Assembly: GCF_902713615.1 (NCBI RefSeq)
Contig: NW_024055820.1
Span: 310,001-374,000, forward strand
Reading direction: 5' to 3'
DNA length: 64,000 bases
DNA from: Scyliorhinus canicula
Lineage: Eukaryota
Shown here: positions 26,636-38,734 of the stretch, piece by piece
How the letters are laid out: every line of letters begins with the position of its first letter
Position numbering within the stretch: position 1 is the stretch's first letter
Notes under the pieces: model-generated
Told to the model about the DNA's origin: nothing
Databases searched by the model: none
What the model saw: only the letters and a program-made list of their open reading frames with translations
Position numbers and translations under genes: made by a program

Positions 26636-28419
26636 TAACTTGTTGACCTAAGGTTCTGCTGAGAGTTTAGGCCTTATAAACCCTTAGCTCATTCCAAAGC
26701 TTGATGTTATTGCATGGACATTTTAATGAGTCAAACAAAGGTAGTACCTGCTTTCCCCATGTCAGCATCAAGTTCTACATCAAGGCAGAAAGTGCAACAC
26801 CTTGTCCACGATCACTGTTTTCCTCATGCTTATGGCAAGGAAGAACAAGTTACAGGCATTGGGGACAGAGTCCATGAGTCTCTGTGGATGAGGTTTTGTT
26901 TGGATGATAGAATTTTCAGCGTGGAGGAATTCTCTGATGCGGATGCATTGTGATTTTGTCTCCGTTTTGATGACTGAAAGGTTGTAGGGGTTGCAGCCTG
27001 ACGGAAGTGTGCTAGTGGATTTCATCCATATCTTCAGGGAAGGCAAAGATCAGCAGCTTGAAGTGAAAGCTCCCGAATAGAGTTGGGTCAATCACACGGT
27101 CATCTTTTACTCAATTATTCACTTAGAATCTGTCGGAAGTGGAATCGTCAACCTGTACAATGCAGTGCATTTTGCCATGGAAGAAGTGAATGAGACAGGG
27201 GAGCTTTGACAGACAGCCAATTATCCCCAAATCTTATAGTCCCTGCTCTGCTGACGGTGCCGAATGTTTATTGAGATTGATGAAAGCAAGGTGAAGAGGT
27301 AGACTTGTGGTATAGGGAACAGATCATGCCCAGAGTAAATCTTGCGACACAAACACCACACCTTGCTTCCAGCTACATTCGGCCTGCAAGCAGATGATGT
27401 ATTTAAAGTGTGAAGCTAGCAAAGGCCTTTCCAGTGCTGCTATGAGTGAGATATGTCAATAGTTGCTACAGTCTTATCTGTCCACTTTGTTTTCAGATAT
27501 TGGTTATGATTTTGCATCTTCAATCTCCTGTGGGATGGTTTATATCTTCCATCGGAGAAGGACCAGGCCACGAATGTTCAGAAACATAGTAATTATACAC
27601 ATCAATCTTCATTCAATTATGAATATAAATAATTGAATTCACCAATTACCGTCGTTTCATAAAAATTGGTACAGTTTTAAATTAAGTTATATGGTGCGGG
27701 TGTCGCTAGCTCGGCCATGATTTATTGACCATCGCTAATTGTCTTTCACAAAGTGGTGGTGTGCTATCTATTTGAACCTCTGCAGTCACTCTGGGGTCGG
27801 TACACTGACGGTGCTGTTAGGGAGGGAGTTCTAGTCATTTGAACCAGCGACACCGAAGATGCTGCGATATGTTTCCAAGTCAGGATAGTGAGTGATTTGG
27901 AGGGGAATTTCCAGGTCGTGACCTTCCCATGTGTCAGCTGCCTTTTCCTTCGAGAAGGTAATGGGCCTGGGTTTAGAAGACGTTTCAAATGAGACTTGAT
28001 GGGTTTCTGCGGTGCATCTTGCGGATGGTAAATTATTGTCATTGTTCGTCGGTTGTGGATGGAACCTTGCCTCGCACATCTCCTCTAAACTTTTCCCCAC
28101 GGACCTTAAACCTATGCTACCTGGCGACTCACCTGGCCACCCTGGGAATGAGTTCCTGCCATCCATTTGTCTTTTGTACATGAAATGACCACATGCACAG
28201 ACTATTACAACCGTCCCTCCTCAATGTAAGCATGTTCCCGCTTTCTGTCTTTGAAATGAAGATTCGCCATCAGCAGAGAAGAATCACTAGAACCGCAGGA
28301 ATATCTCTACTTTCCTCTTAGTGACGTCCAGCTCGTCAGTTCCCGATAGTCTGGGGATGGAATTCACCCAGAAAAGCTTCAGCCACCGAATATATTAGTC
28401 TGGCACTAATTATCATATT

Positions 28420-28760
28420 CATAGAGCATCATAGAATTCACAGTGCAGAAGGAGGCCATTCGGCCCATCGAGTCTGCACCGGCTCTTGGAAAGAGCACCT
28501 TACCCAAAGTCAACACCTCCACCTTATCCCCATAACCCAGTAACCCCACCCAACACTAAGGACAATTTTGGACACTAAGGGCAATTTATCATGGCCAATC
28601 CAACTAACCTGCACATCTTTGGACTGTGGGAGGAAACCGGAGCACCCGGAGGAAACCCACACACACACGGGGAGGATGTGCAGACTCCACACAGACAGTG
28701 ACCCAAGCCGGAATCGAACCTGGGACCCTGGAGCTGTGAAGCAATTGTGCTATCCACAAA
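28420..28760 (-). mobile_element. HE1/V-SINE-like SINE
   Basis: catagaattcacagtgcagaagg tail, core and head. Confidence 0.85.
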
Positions 28761-29040
28761 TTATGAAGGACCTGCTTTAATTTATCAAGCGCAAAATTGA
28801 GAATGTGGAACAACATCTTTCAGACCATCTATCCATCCAGCAACCACATTCACTGATTCCTCATTTAAAATATTCAGGCATCCAACCAACATCCATCCCT
28901 ACATAAAAGCAGTCATCCCTTTATCTTTTGGCAGGTGGTGGTGTAGTATTCATGTTATTGTACCAGTAATCCAAAGGCCCAGGCTAATTCTGTGGGGACT
29001 CAGGTACAAATCCCACTATTGTCAGTGGCGGAATTTGATA

Positions 29041-29395
29041 TCATAGAACATAGAACAGTACAGCACAGAACAGGCCCTTCGGCCCTCGATGTTGTGCCGA
29101 GCAATGATCACCCTACTTAAACCCACGTAACCCGTATACCCGTAACCCAACAATCCCTCCCATTAACCTTACACTACGGGCAATTTAGCATGGCCAATCC
29201 ACCTAACCCGCACATCTTTGGACTGTGGGAGGAAACCGGAGCACCCGGAGGAAACCCACGCACACACAGGGAGGACGTGCAGACTCCACACAGACAGTGA
29301 CCCAGCCGGGAATCGAACCTGGGACCCTGGAGCTGTGAAGCATTGATGCTAACCACCATGCTACCGTGAGGCCCCCTGCTACCGTGAGGCCCCCC
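29041..29395 (-). mobile_element. Young HE1-like SINE nested in a Deu-domain SINE (28930-29640)
   Basis: Host SINE halves on both sides; ATATCA repeated at 29038-29043 and 29396-29401 (putative TSD). Confidence 0.8.
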
Positions 29396-31289
29396 ATATC
29401 AATTAATAAATATGGAATACATAATAATGGTGACCATGAAATCCCTTCTGCATCATCAATGAAGGAAATCTGACATCCCTCCCTGGTCTCACCTACACGT
29501 GGCTCCAGTCGGACAGCAACATGTCTGACTCTTCAGTTCCTTCTGAGCTGGCCCACTCAGTTCAACAGCAATTAGGGACAGGGAACACATGGTGGGCTTG
29601 CCAGTGAGTCCCACATTCCATGGAAGAATAAAGGGAAAACACATGAATTACGTGTTTATCTATTACAAAATGTACCCTCTGTCTGATAGTCTGCTTGTAT
29701 TTCTATCCATCATCACAATGTTATGAGGTGTGGGAGAGATCCTCCAGCCGGTTAGTGTTGTTAAGAGAGGCTAGAATAGCTGGATAACTCTCCTTTCCTT
29801 AGAGATGGGAACAGTTCAAATAAATTCGCAATTTAAAACATAAAATGATCTCCAGTACTGTTGCTGGGTAGATTTGTTTATAAATAGTCCTCATTGACAA
29901 TGTTAAGAATTTGAAGTTGGCTTGCAGCCAAGCGGTCAGTACTGAGCAAACAGATCTCTGAAAAACAAATCCAGATGCTTCCTGTAAACAACATTGAACA
30001 TTCGAGCCTCCCTGACTGCAGGCGGCTGGATTGCTGCCAAATACTGTGTGGGGCAGATTAGCCTGAATATGAATGGATAAAATGGGATTTATCCATTCAA
30101 ACAATAAATGTTTCAGTCGCACATGAAGTAAACGTTTTAAATGGTGATCCATGCAAAGAAATATATTCACTGAATGTTTTGTTCACTATGAGATTAAACA
30201 CAATGGGAAAATAGTTAACTGACCAGATGCTATTTAATTTATATTAGTTCCGAGGCAAGGTCACTCTAGTTATTAAAGTCCGTTTGTTAAGAGCCTAATG
30301 AAGTGAGAGTGAGTGGTGTTAATGGACCCAATCCACAAGTTCAATAAGATGACTTCAATTACAAAAAATAAAATAAAATGAATTTAAAGTAAATAAACTG
30401 CATTAAACTCGCGGGGATTCCTAGAATATTCTCCGAATTCTTGATCTCCTTGATCTCTTATATCCGATTAACACCGTGTTATGTACAGTTTAATTTGTCT
30501 GGATTTCAATTGCTTAACAGTCCCTCTCATTGCTGCCAATGAGTGGAGAAATGACCAGTTCATGACCTGCTTTCGTGGAGAATAAAACATTTATTCCTGT
30601 GATATTGTGTAATATGCCGCAAAGTCCTGATATCCTGTGTTCCCAACAGCAGTGAATGTTAGACAGCCGCTGGTCAGTAAAATTAGCGGCAACGATTTGG
30701 ATGCTAAAGGATAACTTTGCTGATCGCCGCGTCCGTTCTGATTCATTAACTTCTCTGTCAAAAGCTGGTCTGAATTTTATGTTTCTCTGTCAACTCACTG
30801 CTGAATTATCAGGCAAGCGGCTTCTTTTACCGCTAATGTTCACAGGACTGTCTGAGGCTCAGGGGCAAATCGAGAAATGTAAAGAGAGGCATTGTGTAAT
30901 GTGAGGAGTTTCTTCTTGTCGACAGACCCACATTGTACAGTGATGGCCATCCGCACTGCAAATGTAATCACGTCATTCATTCCCTCATTTAGTTACATTT
31001 CGTCTGATAAATTATACTTTGCTGTTGTAATTGGATAGACAGACGATTTATACCCTGAAAATGTAATTTATTCTGTTTATGTTCATCCCTTTATATTGGA
31101 GTGCAGAAATAAAGAGACTTAATGTAATGGAATTAGATTTTACTCAGAGATGCTCAAATATAATTTTCCATTCGGATGAGGATAGACATTACAATGAATC
31201 CATTCAGCCAAACAAATATACCGATCTAATGTCACTTTTTAATAATAACCTATAGTAAATATCTGAGTCCATTCTGTTGGGGGTGTGGA

Positions 31290-31380
31290 AGGTGGGACGT
31301 GGATCCAGGCGCCGCCTCCACCAGGGAATCAACAGGCGGCGCCTGGAAAGCCGCCCCCTTCTGCCGGGTATTTAAATGCC
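31290..31380 (+). promoter_or_regulatory. VH promoter region with TATA-like box
   Basis: TATTTAAAT at 31369-31377, about 90 nt upstream of the leader ATG; GC-rich inverted repeat and an ACGT-core motif upstream; no octamer seen. Confidence 0.6.
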
Positions 31381-31465
31381 GCTCACTGGGACCCGAATCC
31401 AACAGTCCGGGCGCTGGTTTGTTCACTGAGTTCCTGACAACCATTTCCCCCAAATGACCAGAAGG

Positions 31466-31511
31466 ATGAGGTGGGCCATTTCTCTCAGTTTGTTGCTGAC
31501 TTTCTTATCCC
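31466..31511 (+). CDS. IGHV: IgM VH leader exon (MRWAISLSLLLTFLS, phase-1 donor)
   Basis: ATG at 31466 (an in-frame upstream ATG at 31454), hydrophobic signal peptide, donor C|GTGAGT at 31511/31512; splices in frame to the V exon to give ...FLSRVQS|DVVLTQ. Confidence 0.93.
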
Positions 31512-31639
31512 GTGAGTAGTTTTTATTGTCCAAGTCTCTCACTGTTACTGTCTCAGTGTTCGTCTCTCTCTGGAATGTTCCAGAGTCATCAATCATTTCA
31601 CCAGCATTAATCCTCGGGCCTTTTGATATATTTGTACAG

Positions 31640-31944
31640 GTGTCCAGTCGGATGTTGTGTTGACTCAGCCGGAGGCAGAGACCGGGCGTCCCGGAGGCTC
31701 CCTGACACTGACCTGTAAAACCAGCGGGTTCAATCTCGGCAGCTTCAGCATGTACTGGTTCCGGCAGGTTCCCGGACAGGGGCTGGAGTGGCTGCTTTAC
31801 TACTATACTTCATCCAGCAACGGCTACGCCCGAGCCATTAAAGATCGATTCACTGCGTCCAAAGACACTTCGAACAACATCTTCTCTTTGGCCATGACGA
31901 ACCTGAAGATCGAAGACACCGCCATCTATTACTGTGCAAGAGAC
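31640..31944 (+). CDS. IGHV: Germline VH segment (shark IgM type), open frame
   Basis: Acceptor TTTGTACAG|G; [49 protein letters not shown]...[10 protein letters not shown] with canonical Cys, Trp and YYC. Confidence 0.97.
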
Positions 31945-31983
31945 CACAGCGAGAGGACCCAGGGCTGGACCCGCACAAGAACA
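31945..31983 (+). other. VH 3' RSS, 23-nt spacer
   Basis: Heptamer CACAGCG 31945-31951, 23-nt spacer, nonamer ACAAGAACA 31975-31983. Confidence 0.9.
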
Positions 31984-32353
31984 GCTCGAGAGGGAATTCA
32001 GCAACTTGCAGCTTAACCTGAAGGTCAGCACTTGATTCAAATGTAATATTGATGTCAGTGATCAGAGTCATTGCACAAGCTGCTTCTTACATAACTAACG
32101 CAGAGAAAATTAAACAGTAAAACCGAACAAACCAATCGATCTAATAGGATGAGCTTGTGTCTGTTTATATTTACTGTTCACAGTTTCAGCAAATACAGAC
32201 TTGCATATAATCATCGTTTTATTATTTCTGATACTTGGGGAAATCTATGTACATTGGATTTGATAAACTGCTGTATAAATTGTAAATTAGATCAGAAGTA
32301 AACGTGTATTTGAAGTGAATATTGAGCGGCAGGACTGAACAGAGAGTGAGTGC

Positions 32354-32431
32354 AGTTTTTGTGCGGGTGTCTGTCACTGTGACTACAGTGGGTCACAGTG
32401 CTGTGCACAGCGACATCTTCATACACAAACC
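32354..32431 (+). other. IGHD: D1 segment (32382-32393, ACTACAGTGGGT) with 5' 12-RSS and 3' 22-RSS
   Basis: AGTTTTTGT-12 nt-CACTGTG | D | CACAGTG-22 nt-ACACAAACC; all three forward frames open (TTVG/LQW/YSG). Confidence 0.95.
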
Positions 32432-32741
32432 TCAGTGATAGAGTTTGTTCAGATTGGTGATCAGCGCCACAACAGGATTGTCAATGTCAATGAGTTTTAA
32501 ATAAAACAACGTTTGGAAGTAATATTAGTTTGCAAAGAGGTATAAAAATCTCCACTTTGTCACTGTTGACCGACTCCTAAATCTGCCCAGAGGGTTTAAA
32601 AGTGTTCCCATCCTCTTTATAAATGGAATGACCCGGACGAGCTGAAATAACTCACCCATTCGCCCTTGGAAGAGACAGAGTTCGTTTTTTGAGTGAACAG
32701 TGAAATTAAATCTCTGTATTTTACAGTTAACAGTCTGCCGC

Positions 32742-32810
32742 AGTATTTGACACGCTGTGTCTCAATGTGATACTTGGCGCAGCACAGCAGTTACTGTCAA
32801 TACAAAAAGC
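32742..32810 (+). other. IGHD: D2 segment (32770-32782, ATACTTGGCGCAG) with 12-RSS on both sides
   Basis: AGTATTTGA-12 nt-CAATGTG | D | CACAGCA-12 nt-ACAAAAAGC; matches the established shark 12/12 D2 arrangement. Confidence 0.9.
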
Positions 32811-33132
32811 CTCTCAGCACTAATTCACTGAGGCTGGCTCAGTGCTGGCGTTTATAATCCAACTTTATTCACAGTGAAGCATTATTTGATTCCAGCACTG
32901 ACAAAATAATACGAATTAATGTGGAAAATTGGGGGTCGTTATTTAGTCACTGTTCGTGTTTTCAATAACATTTCCATGTCTGTGAAATGTAAAACATTCG
33001 GTCATTTATGAAGAGAGAACGGTATCCACAAATATTAATATAATTTCCTGAAAATTAATCGTGAATTTTCTTTGCCGTTGGTTTGTGAATATTTAAAATA
33101 ATGGTGGATTTCTGTCTATTTTATGCAGGTGC

Positions 33133-33219
33133 AGTTATTGTATGGAGCAGCCCAGGGAATGTGACACTGTGACTACTTCGACTACTGGGGACAGGGGACC
33201 ATGGTGACGGTGACTGCAG
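33133..33219 (+). other. IGHJ: JH segment (33172-33219, YFDYWGQGTMVTVTA) with 5' 23-RSS; splice donor non-canonical
   Basis: AGTTATTGT-23 nt-CACTGTG, then the WGQG motif; the expected donor at 33220 reads G|ATAAGA. Confidence 0.95.
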
Positions 33220-33319
33220 ATAAGAACCATTCCGTCATTTACCAACTGTTTTACTTGAGTGTTTGTTTTATATTTTTCTGCATTTTTAAAATCCATTCGT
33301 TCACTGAAATGTGTTTTGG

Positions 33320-34640
33320 TGGATCATGTATTGAGATGTTGTTGCAATGTTTCATTTGATTCTGCTGAAAGGGGGATATAGAATCCCGCGTTTTCTTGAC
33401 AGAAGGATGCTGCTGAGGGATTCAGTCCCTGTTTGCTGTGATTTGATGTTTATTTGCTGAGGATACTGTGTTGCTGGGTTACTTTAAATACAAAATGTCT
33501 GTTTTTACCCCATGTTTAATCTCGGTTCTATCTAATGTCTGCAGCTTGTACCGTCTTCCGCACAAGTGTTTGATATCGAACCCAACATTGACAAAATGTG
33601 CTAAAGTTTCTGTACTATCTTATTGAACATGTTCTGCTTACTGAAAGTGCTGATGATTTATTCAAGTTTTCTGTTTAGTTTACCTGTTCATTCATTTGAT
33701 GAAATGAGGGTTTGGTGCATTCTAAATTGAGATGTTCTTGCAATGTTACATTTGGTTCTGTTGGAAGTGTTTGTAGAATTGAGCTGCTTCTCCGTGATGT
33801 TTCATTCCTTCAGTGATGTGATTTGGTGTTTTCCTGCTGAGGAATGTTTTTGGGTGACTTTGTGTAGGAAAGTTTGTGAAACGGTTTGGCGTGTCTGTAT
33901 TGTTTCAACTCGGTGACACTGAGCGGTTACACGTTTTGTGATTGAATGCAAAGAGTCTACGTGTTTGAAACTGCTTGTCGCACGATTGTAGGCAGAGAAC
34001 AGGGAGGCTGTTAGTGCATCGTGAAAAAGCGAAAATTGCAGATTAAACTAAGCCACGTTTTACGACAATCCTTTCCGAGCACAGGTTGGTGCTGCAATCA
34101 GTTTGCCGTTTGTGCAAAGTTTAATCTCGGTGGCATCTGATGGTTGCAGCTTTTACCATCGACTGCAAACATTAAAAGCATTTAAATATGTTTGAAAATT
34201 GACTCAATATGAAAAAATGTGGTAACGTTTCAATATTTATTTGTATAAATATTCCAGCTCCTCGCAATGCTATTGCTGTTATTCCACATTTCTGTTTAGT
34301 TAAATAATTCATACATTTGGCGATGAGCTGGTTTGCTGGATATTGATAACTTCTTGCAATGTTAATTTTGATCCTGTTCGATGTAGAGTTGAGTTGCTTC
34401 TCCATAAACGGGTTTCATTGATGTGATTTAGTGTTTTGTTCTGCTGAGGAGACTGTGTATCTGGGTGACTTTAAATGATTCAGATCTGTCAAACGGTTCA
34501 GCTTTTCTGCATTGTTTCTGCATTGTTTAAACTCGGTGACACTGAGCGGTTACACATTTTCTGGTTGAATGCAAACAGTCTCGGCGTTTGAAAATGCTTG
34601 AAGGGCGATTGTCAGGAGAAAACAGCCAGTTTTAAGAAAA
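33320..34640. repeat. Three diverged copies of an intronic unit 3' of JH
   Basis: Shared ttgcaatgtt...ctgctgagga...gggtgacttt motifs near 33330, 33730 and 34340; copies 2 and 3 also share aactcggtgacactgagcggttacac. Confidence 0.75.
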
Positions 34641-36939
34641 GAATCTAATAACGATATGTTGTTGCATTTTGTAATTTTAACTGATGCTTCTAGATTAAAC
34701 GAAATAATGACGGAAACGCCCATGCAGATCATAGTAACATTTATATCATTCAAACCATTGCAATACGGTGATACAACTCCATATTAACCAAAGGTTATTT
34801 CATATTAATATAATTCATCATTAATCACCTTTCACAATCATGCTATGTTCTGCACGAGGTTGACATGACCGGACAGGTTTCTTGGCTGGAAATACTTTGT
34901 AGTTCCAGTTATTCTATTATTTCTGTGCCGCTGCAACCATATTATACCTTCACTGTAATTTGTAGTTCGATAGCGAGGGAATTATCACTAATCTAACCTG
35001 AAACAGGTTTCTGAGATGTGGAAGTTGCTGCCAATCAAGGAATTGTTCCCATGATTTTATTTGTATTGTAGGAAAGTTCAGATTGCACATGGCAAGAGAT
35101 TGAAAAGTAAAGGCTTGAATGTCAAACCGATTTATTTATTTATTTGCAAAAGGTTAACAGTACATTTGCATTTTATAATGACATCCTGTCTCCCACGGCT
35201 GTGCTCTACACACGATAGAATTATAGGAAGAACAGATGATAGGAAAGAAAGAATGATTATATCTTAGCTTTAGGCTTAAATTTTATTAAATGCTAAATTC
35301 AACAACAAATTCTCCACTCCACTTGCTCATAATGGGTGCGTTTTGCAAATGATTTGAACAAACTCAGCTGTTCTCTTGTTATATTCATTACTTTCTGAGA
35401 ATAGTTGGAGGTTATGATTTATCAATGTGTTCAGAACGGCGCATATTTTACACGTTTGTAGGTCGAATAGAGCAATTGGAGTGAAATAAATGTGAATAGA
35501 GTCAGTTAAATGTAAAGATGTTTCCATCGAGTAATTTGGAGTTTACTGTTCAATATTGTTTGATTGTCAGGTTGTTTTAATTAAACCCCAATTATTTCAT
35601 AAAGCTCTGGGTAAAAACAAATTGGGGATTATTGAATGCTCTTTTTATTATATTTATTATTATAGTACAGATAATCCAATAAAGAATTAGCTGACAATTA
35701 ACAATAACTTACAATACAATATCAGTGAGAATTAATTCAGCATAAATGATCTCCTACAATTGAGTTGTATCCTGGCGTGCAATATCTCAAATGTTTTAGA
35801 GAATTTTAATAATATCTGAAATTAATTTAGGAAACCATACATTTCTTTATACTGCTGTGTGCAGCTAAATTCTTTTTCTGATTACATTCTTTTGCCCTGA
35901 TTCTTTTTCTGATTATATTTAGTTGTGTTTTTAGATCACATCAGTGGGTAATGTGAATATTTCCTGGTTTGTTTAATTATTGCCCTGTCACTGAGTCTCT
36001 GTTCCGTCATTAATCTACCCTGAATCTGTAATATTTAATTTGCTCATTTTCAGCAAAACTACTTTTTGCCCAATTATCGAGTTTTGAGACAGACAGAGAG
36101 AAATAGTTAAAAACCGAATGCAGTTTTGAAATTAATCATATCAGTTTAATTTCAAATAAATCACTGAATTATTGTTGTCGGAAGTTGACCATTGATAAAT
36201 TAGAATCAAACAGTTTCATGAAATTGACAGATTGAACAGATCTATCTGCTGGAACTCGATTGTTGTCATGTGTGTCTGTTCAGTTTCTGTGCGCGCGGTC
36301 ACTGTGCTGGGACCAGGAATCTTCCTGACTGGTTGTAAATCTTCTGCTTCATTTTCCAGTATTTCAGGGAGTGGAATTTGATCAAGTCCTTCAATAAAAC
36401 TTGTATATGTGTGAAATGTGGAAATTATACTTGATGTTTGACTAGGCGACTCAGAAAGGAGATTCCAACCCCAGATTGTGACAGTCAGAAATAATTCAGC
36501 AACGCCAGACAGGCTGGAAAAGGAGATTTGGTTGATTTTTAAGCAGTGATATATCGGTCTTGGGAATTTTCGATTCGGCAATGCAGAGAGTGATTTATTG
36601 GGTTACGTTCCGTGCTATGGCAGTCATTGATCTATTTAATGGGTCAGTGCAGCGGATAAATCCTTTTGCATTTTATTTTTAATCCTATCCTAGGATTCTG
36701 GAGGCGCTGGCAAGGCCAGATTTTATTATATATGCCTAAGGGTTCTTGGGAAAGTTTTGATGCGAAGCATCCTTGAATAGCTGCAGTCCATGTGGCGGAG
36801 GTATATCTGCAATATTGCTAGGGACGGAGGTCCAGAATTTTGACTCGGCGACAGTGAAGGATTGGCGGTGTGTTCCCAAATCAGGATGGTGAGTGTCCTG
36901 GAGGGGAACTTGCAGGTTTTGGTGCACCCATACATCATC

Positions 36940-38720
36940 ACAAACACATACATACTCTCGCTCTCTTACACACATTCTCTCTCATCCTCACACAAACTCA
37001 TTCTCTCACACACATAATCACAATACTTCTTTCAAACATACACACTGTGCCTCACACGCAATCACACACTCACAATCTCACTCACACACTGTGATGATCT
37101 GTCACTCACACGCTCTCTCACTCACACACGCTCTATCTCACACGCGCTCTCTTTCACCAAATCCCTGACACACCTTGTCTCACTCTCACACCCACTCTCA
37201 AACACACAGACCGTCTCTCTCCCTCACATACATGCATAATCACTCTTCAAACGTAGCATTTTTTCTTTCAGGCTCTCTCTTACACACATTCCCTCTTATA
37301 TACACACACAATATCTCAGACGCACACAAACTCGCCAACACATTATTACTCTCTCACTCTCCCGCTCTCAGGCACTGTCACAAGTGCACCCGGGCACACG
37401 CCCTCTCTCTCTCTCATGGACACTGTCTCATTCTCTCTCTGACACACAATCTATTTCTCTCTTTCAGGCATGCAGTATCTCATACTCTCTCACATTCTCT
37501 CTCGGACATACGTACTCTCTCTCATACGCACATTTTTTCTCTCACACACTCCCTCTCGATCACAGACACACTATCTCAGACACACAGTTATCTCTCCCAC
37601 ACACAGTGTCATATCCATAATCGCTCTTCAAACAGAAACATTCCTTCTTTCACACACACAATCTCAAACATACTATCTCTCTCCCTTTCTCTCACACACA
37701 CTTCCACAGACACACATACGCACCCTGTCACACACATACATTCTGTCACCTGCTCTCTCTCCCATGCACAGTGTCACGTGTCTCTCTCACACAATCTCTC
37801 TTTCGCACATGCACACTCATAAACAAAGACACAAATACTCACACAAGCACGTATTTCTCTCACACACAAACACTGGTACATACATATCTCGTAAACACAC
37901 TTTCTTTCACTCAAACACAGACATGTTGTGTGGCACACTCTCACACGTTCTCTCATAAACACACAAACTCGTCCGCACAATCTGTCCTTCTCTGACACAC
38001 CGTCTCTCCCTCACACAGACACAAACACTCGCACACAAACAGCATCTCGCAAACACACACATTCTCTCACTCAAACACACACATGTTCTTTGGCACACTC
38101 TCACACACAAACGCGCCCCCACATTCTGTCTCTCTCTGACACACGTGGTCTCTCTCACTGTCTTCGGTACACATTCACATGCTCTCTAATCTCACACACT
38201 CAATCATACACACACTATCTCGAACTCACGCACACAATCTGCCATGTACACACACTCTCACACACATTGCCTCTCTCACTCACAAAATCTCACACACACA
38301 TCCCCTCACACACACTCACACAGAAACTCTCCCTTGCAGATTATTGTATTCTCCCTCTGACACCTATCTCACGTACATACACGTACTCTGTCTGTCTCTC
38401 TCACACACACAGGAACACACACATATATTCACACACACTTACACTCAGACGCGCAACACAGCAACACACACACGCAAGGAAACACACACACACACTCAAG
38501 AGCACACATACACTCATCACACACACACAGCAGCACACAAACAGGAACAGACACACACGCTCACAGACAAACATGATCACCGAGGAACACGTACACAGGG
38601 ATACAGAGGGACACTCACACACACAGAGGAACAGACACACGCTCACACACACACAGACACATGAATACCTGGGAACACGCACACAAGGATACACACACAC
38701 AAGAACACACAGACAGCTGA
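36940..38720. repeat. CA/CT-rich low-complexity tract in the J-C intron
   Basis: About 1.8 kb of ctctcacacaca-like sequence, very G-poor on the + strand. Confidence 0.95.
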
Positions 38721-38734
38721 GTGTGACTGTTCGT

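Noticed and set aside
30681-30837. Imperfect 11-bp inverted repeat upstream of the VH promoter
   Set aside because: Short, mismatched, and more likely an old MITE remnant than regulatory
1-31000. Additional V, D, J or C segments (IgW, IgNAR, TCR) upstream
   Set aside because: No Ig-domain ORF or correctly spaced heptamer-nonamer pair was recognised by eye; a tblastn with Ig domains would be decisive
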